DNA from: an uncultured Chloroflexia bacterium
Lineage (GTDB): Bacteria > Chloroflexota > Limnocylindria > Limnocylindrales > CSP1-4
Assembly (NCBI GenBank): GCA_963700555.1
Contig: CAVOXZ010000017.1
Coordinates: 68,155-132,154, forward strand
DNA: 64,000 nucleotides
Direction of reading: 5' to 3'
Shown here: one piece after another, positions 27,895-40,119 of the stretch
Numbering within the stretch: position 1 is the first letter of the stretch
How the letters are laid out: each line of letters starts with the position of its first letter
Notes under the pieces: model-generated
Database searches by the model: none
What the model was told of the DNA's origin: nothing
Seen by the model: the letters and a program-made list of their open reading frames with translations, nothing else
Program-made: the position numbers and the translations under genes

Positions 27895-29553
27895 ATGGCT
27901 GGAGTCCCCCATCCGTCCGTCACCGAGCGGCTTGCCCGGCTGGCACCGGACCAGCGCGCGGCTGCGACCTCGCCCCCGGGTCCGGTGCTGTGCGTGGCGC
28001 CCGCCGGAAGCGGCAAGACCACGACGCTGGTCGCGCGGGTCGCCTGGCTGGTCGACGGCGGCGTTGACCCCCTGACCGTCTGTGTGGTCGCGTTCAACAA
28101 GCGAGCCGCGCAGGAGCTGACGGACCGGCTCGACGCCGCATTGGCCCCTCTCGGGGTTGCCGCGGGCTCCGTGCGGGTGCGGACCTTCCACGCGCTGGGC
28201 CGCGAGATCCTGCGTGACGCGGGCATCCCGGTGGAGCCACTGGCGGACCGGGACCGGGTGCTCCGGGACCTGTTCCCGGGCATCGCGGCGGGCGATCGAG
28301 GTCGGCTGGACCTGGCATTCTCTCGCCTCAAGCTGGACCTGCAGGTGACCGCTGCCGAGGTGGCTACGGACCCGGCACCGGGCCCGGTGGCCCGGGCGTT
28401 CATCGCCTACGAGGAGGCCGTGCGGGCAAGCGGCGGGGTCGACTTCGACGACCTGCTCGTGCGGGCGCTGGCCGGTCTCCGGGCGGACGAAGGGCTCCTC
28501 GCTCGCTGGCGGGCGCGGACGGCACGCCTGCTCGTGGACGAAGCCCAGGACCTCGATCGCACCCAGCTCGAGCTCGCCCTCCTGCTTGCGGCGCCCGCGA
28601 ACGACGTGTTCCTCGTCGGCGACGATGACCAGACGATCTACTCGTGGCGCCTGGCCGACGTGCGTCGGGTGCTGGGGCTTGCGGCCAGCCTGCCGGGCCT
28701 GCGGCGGGTGGACCTGGAGACCAACTACCGCTGTCCCCCCGCGGTCGTCGAGCGGGCGGTGCGGCTGGTCGAGCACAACCGGGAACGGTTCGCCAAGCGG
28801 ATCCTGGCCGGCTCGCGGTCGGGCGGGTTCATCCTCCTGGCGGGCGATGCCGCCGACGATCCCATCCGGGTCCGGCGGGCGATGACGGCATGGCCCGCCG
28901 ACGAGTCGCCACGCGCAGTGCTTGCGCGGACGAACCGCGAGCTCCTCGCTGCCGTCGTCGCTGCGCTGGACCTCGGGTTGCCGTTCCGCGCTCCTTCCCT
29001 GGTCCTGCCGATCGAGGACCCCCGGCTCGACGGGTTGCTGGACCGAGCTGCCGAGCTCGAGGCCGAGGGGCTGGAGCCGTTGCCGGCCCTGGGGCGGCTG
29101 CGGGGCGAGCTCCGCGCCGGGGAGGCCGGAGCGATCGGGGACGGCAGCGACGAGCCGGCCCCCTCCAGCCTTGCCACGGCGGTGCTCGGGTGGGCGGCTC
29201 CGCTGCCGTCGATCAGCGCGCTCCGGGGTGCCGTGTCGGAGCGACGGGCTCGCCTGGCCGAGCTCCGCCGGGAGGATGCCGCTCTCTCGCTGGCCACTGC
29301 GCATGGCACCAAGGGACTCGAGTGGGACCACGTCCTGGTGCTCACCGACGGGTTTCCCGGCCGGCGATCGGTCGCCGATGCCGCCGAGCCGGAGCGCGCG
29401 CTCGAGGAGGAGCGGCGCCTCGCCTACGTGGCGTGGACCCGGGCACGCCGGTCATTGACGCTCCTCTACGACCCGGAGAGCCCGTCCCCGTTCCTCGGCG
29501 AGGCGTTCGATGCCGAGGATCTCGTGGTCTACAGCCGGGCCCATGCCGCCTAG
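27895..29553 (+). CDS. UvrD/Rep-family ATP-dependent DNA helicase (short, 552 aa)
   Basis: ATG 27895. Walker A 'APAGSGKTTTL', motif II 'LLVDEAQDL', 'GDDDQTIYSWR', and C-terminal 'TAHGTKGLEWDHV..LAYVAWTRAR'. Confidence 0.8.
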   Translation: MAGVPHPSVTERLARLAPDQRAAATSPPGPVLCVAPAGSGKTTTLVARVAWLVDGGVDPLTVCVVAFNKRAAQELTDRLDAALAPLGVAAGSVRVRTFHALGREILRDAGIPVEPLADRDRVLRDLFPGIAAGDRGRLDLAFSRLKLDLQVTAAEVATDPAPGPVARAFIAYEEAVRASGGVDFDDLLVRALAGLRADEGLLARWRARTARLLVDEAQDLDRTQLELALLLAAPANDVFLVGDDDQTIYSWRLADVRRVLGLAASLPGLRRVDLETNYRCPPAVVERAVRLVEHNRERFAKRILAGSRSGGFILLAGDAADDPIRVRRAMTAWPADESPRAVLARTNRELLAAVVAALDLGLPFRAPSLVLPIEDPRLDGLLDRAAELEAEGLEPLPALGRLRGELRAGEAGAIGDGSDEPAPSSLATAVLGWAAPLPSISALRGAVSERRARLAELRREDAALSLATAHGTKGLEWDHVLVLTDGFPGRRSVADAAEPERALEEERRLAYVAWTRARRSLTLLYDPESPSPFLGEAFDAEDLVVYSRAHAA

Positions 29554-29642
29554 ACTGGCCGGGTGAGCGCAACCCCAGTCCCTCGTGTCCGGCCAGTCGT
29601 CGAACTGCCCCTGCCGTCGCCCGCGCGCCGGGTGTCCTCCGG

Positions 29643-30119
29643 ATGAGCTCGCTCCCCCATCTCGGTCCTCGGGGCGAGGGTTGGGTCGTGATCCAGGTCG
29701 TGCTGTTCGCGCTCGTATTCCTCGCCGGGACGATGGGGCCGGTGGCCACGGGCAGCGCGCGCGTGGCGCTCGCTGCAGTGGGCATCGGCCTGGGCCTGGC
29801 GGGTGGACTGCTCGCCCTGCGGGGATTGCTCGACCTGCGTCAGGCGCTCACGGCCCTGCCCTATCCGCGCGACGGGGCCGAGCTCGTCGCCAGCGGGTCC
29901 TACCGCTTCGTCCGCCACCCGATCTACGGCGGGATCGTGCTCGCCTCCACCGGGTGGGCCCTGTTCATGGCCGCCCCGGCCGCGCTCGCCGCCGCGGCCG
30001 TGCTGCTCGTCTTCTTCCGGCTCAAGTCGGGTCGAGAGGAGGCCTGGCTCAGGGACCGGTACCCGGAGTACGCCGCCTACGCGGCGCGCACCCGACGGCT
30101 GCTGCCCTTCCTCTACTAG
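29643..30119 (+). CDS. Isoprenylcysteine carboxyl methyltransferase (ICMT/PEMT-like) family membrane protein
   Basis: ATG 29643. 158 aa with 4-5 TM segments. 'GSYRFVRHPIYGG' and 'EEAWLRDRYPEYAAY' are typical of the family. Confidence 0.7.
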   Translation: MSSLPHLGPRGEGWVVIQVVLFALVFLAGTMGPVATGSARVALAAVGIGLGLAGGLLALRGLLDLRQALTALPYPRDGAELVASGSYRFVRHPIYGGIVLASTGWALFMAAPAALAAAAVLLVFFRLKSGREEAWLRDRYPEYAAYAARTRRLLPFLY

Positions 30120-30490
30120 GAGGCTACGGGCGGCGGCGCGGGCGGCCGATGCCCGCCGCGGCGGCTGCGCCCACCGTGTCGCCCCTTGCCGCGCGCTCCT
30201 GGACGCCCCTGTCGCCCCGCCCCTGGACGCCCAGCGTTCCTTGCAGCGGTTGACGGCATGGTCAGCCGTCACCTGGATCGCCCTCCGTTCGGATCGACGG
30301 CTCTGGCCCTCCCAGGGCGGCCCTCGAACGGCCCGCGTTCAAGGTGGCGGTTGGGACGGGCGTCAGGGAGAACCGTCCGCCGCAAGGAACGCCTGGCGTT
30401 CAGCCCAGGACGCAGCGCGGCGCGGCGACGGGGTGGCGCGGCGCGGTGCCGGGGTGGCGCGGCGCACGACGCCAGGAACCGCACCCGGGC

Positions 30491-30841
30491 CTAGTGGTCT
30501 GCCCCCGTGTCGCGCCTCGCGAGCTCCTTGAGTAGCCGGTCGACCAGGACCAGGAACGGCTCCGTGAGATCGGCCGGCAGGGCATCGCGAACCGAATCCT
30601 TGGGACCGAAGGCCGCACGGGCCCGTAGCGCGGTCCGCCGCAGGTCCACGATCTCCTCGTCGCGCAGCCGGTCCGGGAGCGGCTCGAGGTAGGAGACCCA
30701 GCGCGCGTTGCCGACATCGCGGGCGGCGGCCAGCAGGCGGTCGCCGGCTCGGGCGGCGGCGAGCGCGGCCTCGTCGATGAGGGGCCGCTCGTGGCGCGCC
30801 GGTCCACGCCTTGCCGCGCGATCGTCGCGTCCGATCGTCAC
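30491..30841 (-). CDS. Hypothetical protein (116 aa), translationally coupled to the upstream hypothetical gene
   Basis: GTG 30841 overlaps the upstream stop (GTGA). The open frame shows G/C-rich third positions. I recognise no family. Confidence 0.4.
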   Translation of the reverse strand: MTIGRDDRAARRGPARHERPLIDEAALAAARAGDRLLAAARDVGNARWVSYLEPLPDRLRDEEIVDLRRTALRARAAFGPKDSVRDALPADLTEPFLVLVDRLLKELARRDTGADH

Positions 30842-31280
30842 GAGGCGGGCGCACCGCCCGACGGCGCATCCGCCGGACCCGCCGGCGGCCGCACCAGGAC
30901 GAGCCCGAGACGCTTGCGCTCCGAGCCGTTCACGAGGATCCGGAACGAGTAGTCGCCCGGTGACGGGAAGGTCAGGTTCCAGAGGTCGATGCTGAAGGTG
31001 AGGATGGCGTCGCGGGCGTCCGGATTCCCGTGGGCCATCAGGCTGCCGGTCGCCCCGGTGACCTCGGCGCCATCCGGATCGAGGAGGACGATCCGGAGCT
31101 CGTGCTCGCGCTCGGTCTCCGGCGCGGTGACGATGAGCCCGACGACGAGCGCGAGGTGCGGATGGCGCAGCGGGAAGGCGCGGCCACCGATCCGGTGATC
31201 CCGCCGCCCAGCACGTGGAACTTCTGGCCGGGTTGGGTCTCGGCCGCGTCGGCGAGGAAGGCGAAGTCGATCTCGGGCAT
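30838..31280 (-). pseudogene. Conserved-looking hypothetical protein (~147 aa), one frame break as assembled
   Basis: ATG 31280 '[28 protein letters not shown]' joins at ~31196 (1 base missing) to '..[69 protein letters not shown]'. Family not identified with confidence. Confidence 0.5.
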
Positions 31281-31311
31281 GAGCGGATGGTAGCCCCCCG
31301 CGTGACCGGCG

Positions 31312-34433
<3,122 letters not shown>

Positions 34434-34461
34434 GGCGGAAGTCTACTCGACCGGGGTCAAA

Positions 34462-34477
34462 TCGAACAAGCGTTCTT
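34462..34477 (-). promoter_or_regulatory. LexA-type SOS box upstream of uvrA
   Basis: TCGAAC-AAGC-GTTCTT, 29-44 nt upstream of GTG 34433. It matches the actinobacterial / Gram-positive GAAC-N4-GTTC (TCGAAC-N4-GTTCGA) operator. Confidence 0.55.
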
Positions 34478-34505
34478 GCGCCACGCGCGCTTCCCGGGCG
34501 AGCGG

Positions 34506-35081
34506 TCAGGAGGGGCGGGCGCTGATCGAGTCCTGGCAGATCTTCCACGCACCGTCCTCGCGGAGGAGGCGCACCGACTGCTCGATGGGCACGTCCTGGC
34601 CGTAGGCCTCCAGCGTCTTGAGCAGGGCGTCGAGCTGCTCGTCGGTCATCGTCGTGCCCTGCTGTGCGAGCACCTGGCGCAGGATCGGCTTCATGGCCGC
34701 CGCCTCGAACGTGACCTTGAGGGTGCCGGTGACCGGGACCTGGGCGACGTCACCGTCGATCGCCGGCTCGCCTGCCTCGACGCCCGTGACATCGAGGCGG
34801 ATCGCGTCGACCAGCGCCTGCGTGTCGAGCCCGGGAAGCAGGTCATCTCCGATCGCACCGGGCAGCCCGAGCTGATCACGGATGAGGTCCTCCTGGCCCG
34901 CGCAGGCAAGCGTCCGCAACCCGTCGATGTCCTTTGCCGCGGTCATCGCGAGCGCCTGGTCGACGACGGCCCCCGGCCCGTCAACGTCGCCCCCGGGACC
35001 ACAGGCACCGATGGCGAGGGCCATGGTGATGGCGGCCAGGGCGAGGAAACGGTGGCCGACCGGACGGACGGGTGTGCGCAT
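34506..35081 (-). CDS. Putative lipoprotein, function unknown
   Basis: 191-aa ORF with signal peptide and lipobox '[13 protein letters not shown]'. No recognisable catalytic motif. Confidence 0.55.
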   Translation of the reverse strand: MRTPVRPVGHRFLALAAITMALAIGACGPGGDVDGPGAVVDQALAMTAAKDIDGLRTLACAGQEDLIRDQLGLPGAIGDDLLPGLDTQALVDAIRLDVTGVEAGEPAIDGDVAQVPVTGTLKVTFEAAAMKPILRQVLAQQGTTMTDEQLDALLKTLEAYGQDVPIEQSVRLLREDGAWKICQDSISARPS

Positions 35082-35107
35082 GGTCGAAGGCTACCGCGAC
35101 CCGCCCC

Positions 35108-36298
35108 TCAGCGGCGCCGACGAGGGCGGAACATGGCGTGGGGATCCGGCAGGAAGCCGAGCTTCCGGTACCAGGCATCGAGGCCCGGTGCCACGGCGAG
35201 CGAGAACCGCACCAGGTCGCGGCCGTCGGTGAGGCGATGCACCATCCGCTCCCCCACCCCGAGACCCTGGTATTCGGGATGCACCACCACCGTCGCGATC
35301 AGCGCGTTCTGGCCACCGTCGGTGATCGACCGCGCCGTCCCGATCAGGCGATCGCCGTCCCACGCGGTGGCGAACTCCGGCGTTCCCCGGATCGCCCGCT
35401 CGAGCGACGCCGGCTCTGACGCCCGCAGGTCCCAGGCCACGGACCGCAGCAGGGCCACGACCCGGCCGGTCTCCGGCACCGGTCCACCACCACGGTCACG
35501 CGGTCCGCCGTGCCATCGACCCGCACCAGGCGCCGCTCCAGCTCCCAGCGGTGATCGAAGCCGTGCGCCTGCATCCGCCGCAGGACCTTCGCCAGCGTCC
35601 ATGTCTCGCCGTGGCGGTCCGCCGTCTCGGCGCCGTCGTCGGCGCGCCCGAGGGCCCGCAGCCGCTCGACGACCCACGCCCGTGAGCCGGCCAGCGCATC
35701 CCGGACCGGAGCCCGGTCCAGCGGACCCGTCGTACCGGCCACCGCCCGGGAGGCGGCCCACCAGCCAGGCCTCGGAGCCGGCCACGTGACGGAGCACCGC
35801 CTCGGACGAGCGCTCGCCCCGCGCCTCGTCCGCCGGCAGCAGTCCCTGCGCCGACTCGAACGCCTCCACGCGGTCGGCGGTCGTGAGCAGATCCTCGCGG
35901 TTCCACGCCAGGCGCCTGACCGCGGTCGCGACCTCCTCCTGGGTCACGCGGCGCCGGTCCGGCGGCAACGTCGCGTTGACCTCGTAGCCGTCCGGCTCGT
36001 GTCCGGCGGCCACCTCGCCAACCGCGTCCGGGCGCCAGATCCGCGGGATCCCCGCCTCGTCCCCGTGCGCCTCGAGCCACTCCCGGACCCGTCCGGCCGC
36101 GGTGAGCGCGCCGCTGAGCGCGCGCTCCCGGGTTCGGGCAACGGCCAGCACGCCCGGCACGTCCGGCACCCAGCCGGCGATCCGTCCCCCGTCGTAGTCC
36201 GTCTCGAGCCAGACACCAAGCGGCGCGAAGCCGTCGAGCGGCGGGGGCGGGCCGTCTCGAACGTCCTCGGTCACGTCGGGGCCCAGGTTTCGCGGCAC
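35108..36298 (-). pseudogene. Three-part fusion protein: HicB/UPF0150-like N-domain, DinB-like helical bundle and GNAT N-acetyltransferase; two frame breaks as assembled
   Basis: GTG 36298. 'GRIAGWVPDVPGVLAVARTRERALSGALTAAGRVREWLEAHG' is HicB-like. 'AVLRHVAGSEAWLVGRL' (ORF 35108..36298) continues in ORF 35344..35742 ('LDRAPVRDALAGSRAWVVERL..WTLAKVLRRMQAHGFDHRWEL'), which is DinB-like. It then returns to the first frame for the GNAT domain ('ALIATVVVHPEYQGLGVGERMVHRL'). Joins are at ~35727 (+1) and ~35480 (-1). Confidence 0.6.
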
Positions 36299-36313
36299 GG
36301 GCGGGCGACCCGC

Positions 36314-36542
36314 TCAGGAGCCGCGGGTGCGGCGCGTGGGCCGCTGGCCCGTGCGGCGCCGGATGTTCGGGGTCACGGTGCGGTCCCATGTCGGCCGGTC
36401 CAGCCACTTCGCCTGCCAGCCGCCGTCCTCGTCCTCGTGCTCGTCGCGGATCCCGGGGAACAGCTCGGTCGCGGTGCCCGTGGCGTCCCCGTCCCCCGGC
36501 GAGAGCGTCCTCGCCCGCCGGCAGCACGGTGACCTCGGTCAC
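36314..36542 (-). pseudogene. Possible small acidic/basic protein (~76 aa) coupled to the uvrB stop; one frame break as assembled
   Basis: GTG 36542 overlaps the uvrB stop (GTGA). 'VTEVTVLPAGEDALAG' then, after a G-run at ~36495, 'DGDATGTATELFPGIRDEHEDEDGGWQAKWLDRPTWDRTVTPNIRRRTGQRPTRRTRGS'. Third codon positions are almost all G/C in these two frames only. Confidence 0.3.
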
Positions 36543-38672
36543 CTCGAAGGTCGGGCTCGGCCGGCGCGGAACCGCCCTTGCCGCCCGGGACGATGCGCGG
36601 CGGCCCGCTCCTTCGCCGGCAGCAGCGCGTCCCTCGCCGCGCGCTCAGCCGCCCGGGCCACGACCACCGACGCGTCCTGCTCAAGGACCCGCAGCCGGAC
36701 CTGCTGGATCTCGTCGCGGATGGCGGCCGCGCGCTCGAACTCGAGCTCCTTGGCCGCGGCCTTCATCTCGGCCTCCATGCGGGCCACCAGGCGCTCCACC
36801 TCGGCTCGGTCGGCCGCCTCCAGGTTCGCCGCCCTTCGCTCCGACGAGTAGACGACGGTGCGCTCCGCCACGGCGCGCAGCCGGTCGTTGATGTCCCGGA
36901 TGCTCTTGACGATCGTCGTGGGCACGATGCCGTGCTCCTCGTTGTAGCTGCGCCTGCACGGCTCGCCGGCGGTCCGTCTCCTCGATCGCGACCTTCATCG
37001 ACTCGGTGACCCGGTCGGCGTACATGATCACCTCGCCGCCCGTGTTGCGGGCCGCCCGGCCGACCATCTGGATGAGCGACCAGGCGCTGCGCAGGAACCC
37101 CTCCTTGTCGGCGTCGAGGATCGCCACCAGCGTGACCTCCGGCAGGTCGAGGCCCTCGCGCAGCAGGTTGATGCCGACGAGCACGTCGTAGACGCCCGAG
37201 GCGCAGGTCCCGCAGGATGGCCACCCGCTCGAGGGTGTCCACCTCGCTGTGGAGGTACTGGACCTTGACCCCCAGCTCCTTGAGGTAGTCGGCGAGGTCC
37301 TCGGCCATCTTCTTGGTCAGCGTCGTGACCAGCGCCCGCTCGCCGCGCTCGACCCGCCCCCGGATCTCCTCGAGCAGGTCGTCGATCTGGCCGTCGGTGG
37401 GGCGGACGGTGATCGGCGGGTCCACGATGCCGGTGGGCCGGATCAGCTGCTCGACCGTCTGCTGGCTCTTCTCGTGCTCGTACGGCCCGGGCGTCGCCGA
37501 GACGTAGACGCGCCTGGTTGACGTGGACCTCGAACTCCTCGAACGTCAGCGGCCGGTTGTCGAGCGCCGACGGCAGCCGGAAGCCGAAGTCGACCAGGAT
37601 CTCCTTGCGCGTGCGGTCGTTCTTGTACATGCCCACGACCTGCGGGATCGTCATGTGCGACTCGTCCACGATGAGCAGCCAGTCCGGCGGGAAGTAGTCG
37701 AGCAGCGTCCACGGCCGCGACCCGGGCTCGCGCTGCGAGAGGTGCCGGCTGTAGTTCTCGACCCCCGAGCAGTAGCCCGAGCTCGCGCAGCATCTCGAGG
37801 TCGAAGGTGGTCCGCTGGCGCAGGCGGGCCGCCTCGAGCGCGCGGCCCTCGGCCTCCATCTGGCCCACCCGCTCCTCCATCTCGGCCTCGATCGTGGAGA
37901 CCGCGAGCCCCAGCTTGTCCTTGGGGGTCACGAAGTGGGTCGCCGGGAAGACGTTGAGCTCCTTGCGCTCGGCGAGCAGCTCGCCGGTCAGCGGGTCCAG
38001 CTCCGTGATCCGCTCGACCTCGTCGCCGAAGAACTCGACCCGGACGACGATCTCGGAGCTGGCCGGGCCGATCTCCAGCGTGTCGCCGCGAACCCGGAAC
38101 CGCGCGCGGGTCAGGGCGGTGTCGTTGCGCTGGTACTGGAGGTCCACCAGGTGGCGGAGCACGGCGTCGCGCCGGTACTGGCCGCCGACCCGCAGCCGGA
38201 GGATCGTCGCCCCGTAGTCCACCGGTGCGCCCAGGCCGTAGATGCACGACACGGACGCCACGATGATGACGTCGCGGCGCTCGAACAGCGCGTGGGTGGC
38301 CGCGTGGCGGAGACGGTCGATCTCCTCGTTGCGGCTCGAGTCCTTCTCGATGTAGGTGTCCGACCGGGGCAGGTACGCCTCCGGCTGGTAGTAGTCGAAG
38401 TAGCTGACGAAGTACTCGACCGCGTTGTCCGGGAAGAACTCGCGGAACTCGGCGTAGAGCTGGGCGGCCAGCGTCTTGTTGTGGGCGAGGACCAGCGTCG
38501 GCTTCTGGTGCCGCACGATCGTCTCGGCCATCGTGAACGTCTTGCCGGTGCCCGTGGCCCCCAGCAGGGTCTGGTGGCGCAGGCCGCGCGCAAGCCCGTC
38601 CACCAGGCGGTCGATCGCCTGTGGCTGGTCACCGGTGGGCTCGAATGGCGCGACGAGGCGGAAGTCCGGCAC
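36539..38672 (-). pseudogene. uvrB: Excinuclease ABC subunit B, four frame breaks as assembled
   Basis: Segments lie in ORFs 37443..38672 ('[14 protein letters not shown]'), 37028..37669 ('DESHMTIPQ'), 36763..37425, 36681..37184 ('[15 protein letters not shown]') and 36539..36925 (UVR domain '[14 protein letters not shown]'). Joins are at ~37776, 37510, 37194 and 36947. Length = 3n+4. Confidence 0.95.
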
Positions 38673-38701
38673 GGCGGGATCCTACCACGGTGAGCACGAT
38701 T

Positions 38702-38717
38702 TCGAACGCGCGTTCTC
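38702..38717 (-). promoter_or_regulatory. LexA-type SOS box upstream of uvrB
   Basis: TCGAAC-GCGC-GTTCTC, 30-45 nt upstream of ATG 38672. It has the same half-sites as the uvrA box. Confidence 0.6.
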
Positions 38718-38926
38718 ACCGGACCGCCACTGGTCAGGGGGCGCTGGTACCAACGGGGAGTCGTCCCGGGTGTGGACAGGAGGCAACGTGCGGAGCGGCA
38801 CGCAACGACGCGTGCCCTCGCGGCCGTGCCACGGTCAGGCGGCACGGACGGCGCCCTGGACTACCCAGCCGGAGCGGGCGCGGCACCATTCACCGGCGTT
38901 CGCCGGTCTGGCCGGGAGGTCGTGCG

Positions 38927-39875
38927 ATGGAGATGGAGTACAAGGACCCGTCGAGGAGAGGACGCTGGATCGTCCTTCTCGGGCTCGTGCTGGCGCTGGT
39001 CGCCGGCGCGGCGGCCTTCTTCCTGCTCAACAACGCCCAGCAGCAGGCCGGCACGTCCGGGTCTCAAGACCGTGGAAGGCTACGTCGCCGCCCGGCCGAT
39101 CCTCGCCCGCAAGCCGATCGAGGTCGAGGATCTCCTGCTCCGCAAGGACATCCCCCTCGACGGCACCAACGCCGCGGTGATCTCCGACCAGGCGCAGCTC
39201 GTCGGCCGCCTGCTCGCGGTCGACGTCTCCGAGGGTCAGCTGCTCACCGCCAACCTGCTCGCATCGGGGACGGTGGGTTTGGGGTTCGCGATCCTCAAGC
39301 CGGATGAGACGGTGGCTCCCGATTCCGAGGCCTGGCGTGCGGTCTCGATCACGGTCGAGGACACGCGCGCCGTCGGCGGCGTGCTGGGAGCCGGCATGAC
39401 CGTGGACGTGTTCATGACGGCCTCGATCACGGTCCCGGAGAAGCCGCCGGTCGTCAACACGGACCCGGCTGCCACGCCCGCGCCCGCGACCAGCACCCTC
39501 AAGGGGTTCATGTCCGGGGCGTCCACCAAGATCACGTACCAGGACATGACGATCCTCGCCCGCGCCGGCACCTCGTACATCCTCAAGGTGCCGCTCGTCG
39601 TCGCCGAGGAGATCAGCCAGCTGATGGCCGAGGGGAGCGTCCAGTTCAGCCTCGCCCTGCGCCCCGAGCAGGACACGCGCTATCTCGACGTCTCACAGCT
39701 GGGCGCCACCACCACCCGCATCATCCAGCGCTACGGCCTGCCGGTCCCGCAACCGTGGCCCACGCTCGATGGGCCGGTGCCGTCCGTCCCGCCGATCCCG
39801 GCGCTCACGCCGCCACCGAGCTCGACTCCGGCAGCGGGCGCCTCCGCCGCACCGACCGCTTCACCCGGCGGCTGA
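38927..39875 (+). pseudogene. cpaB: Flp/Tad pilus assembly protein CpaB (RcpC-like, SAF domain), one frame break as assembled
   Basis: ATG 38927 after GGGAGG. The TM anchor 'RWIVLLGLVLALVAGAAAFFLL' (frame of ORF 38621..39307) joins at ~39059 to 'LKTVEGYVAARPILARKPIEVEDLLLRKDIP..' (ORF 38772..39875). Pro-rich C-terminal tail. Confidence 0.75.
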
Positions 39876-40050
39876 GATCGCCGGGTCGCGTCCCGACCCG
39901 CTCGCCCGAACGCCACGCGGCTCGCTCGACTGAGCGTGCCGCCCGGAGCCCGGTGGCGCCCGACCAGGGCGGAGGACCGGGCACCGGCCCTGGGTCGGGA
40001 GGATGCCGCCCCCGGGCGGCCCCCCTCCGTCGCGCGTCGCTGACCCGGCG

Positions 40051-40080
40051 CGCCTCCCAACCGCCCGGCCGGGCTCGCCC
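40051..40080. terminator. Putative bidirectional terminator hairpin between the convergent cpaB and coaE
   Basis: Perfect 13-bp stem CCGCCCGGCCGGG / CCCGGCCGGGCGG with a 4-nt loop, followed by TCTCCTGATCT. It lies 40 nt past the coaE stop. Confidence 0.5.
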
Positions 40081-40119
40081 GGCCGGGCGGTCTCCTGATC
40101 TGCCCGGCTGCGTCCTGCC

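Noticed and set aside
30324-30342. TCGAAC..GTTCAA read as a third LexA SOS box
   Set aside because: The spacer is 7 nt rather than 4. The site also lies between two convergent gene ends rather than in a promoter region.
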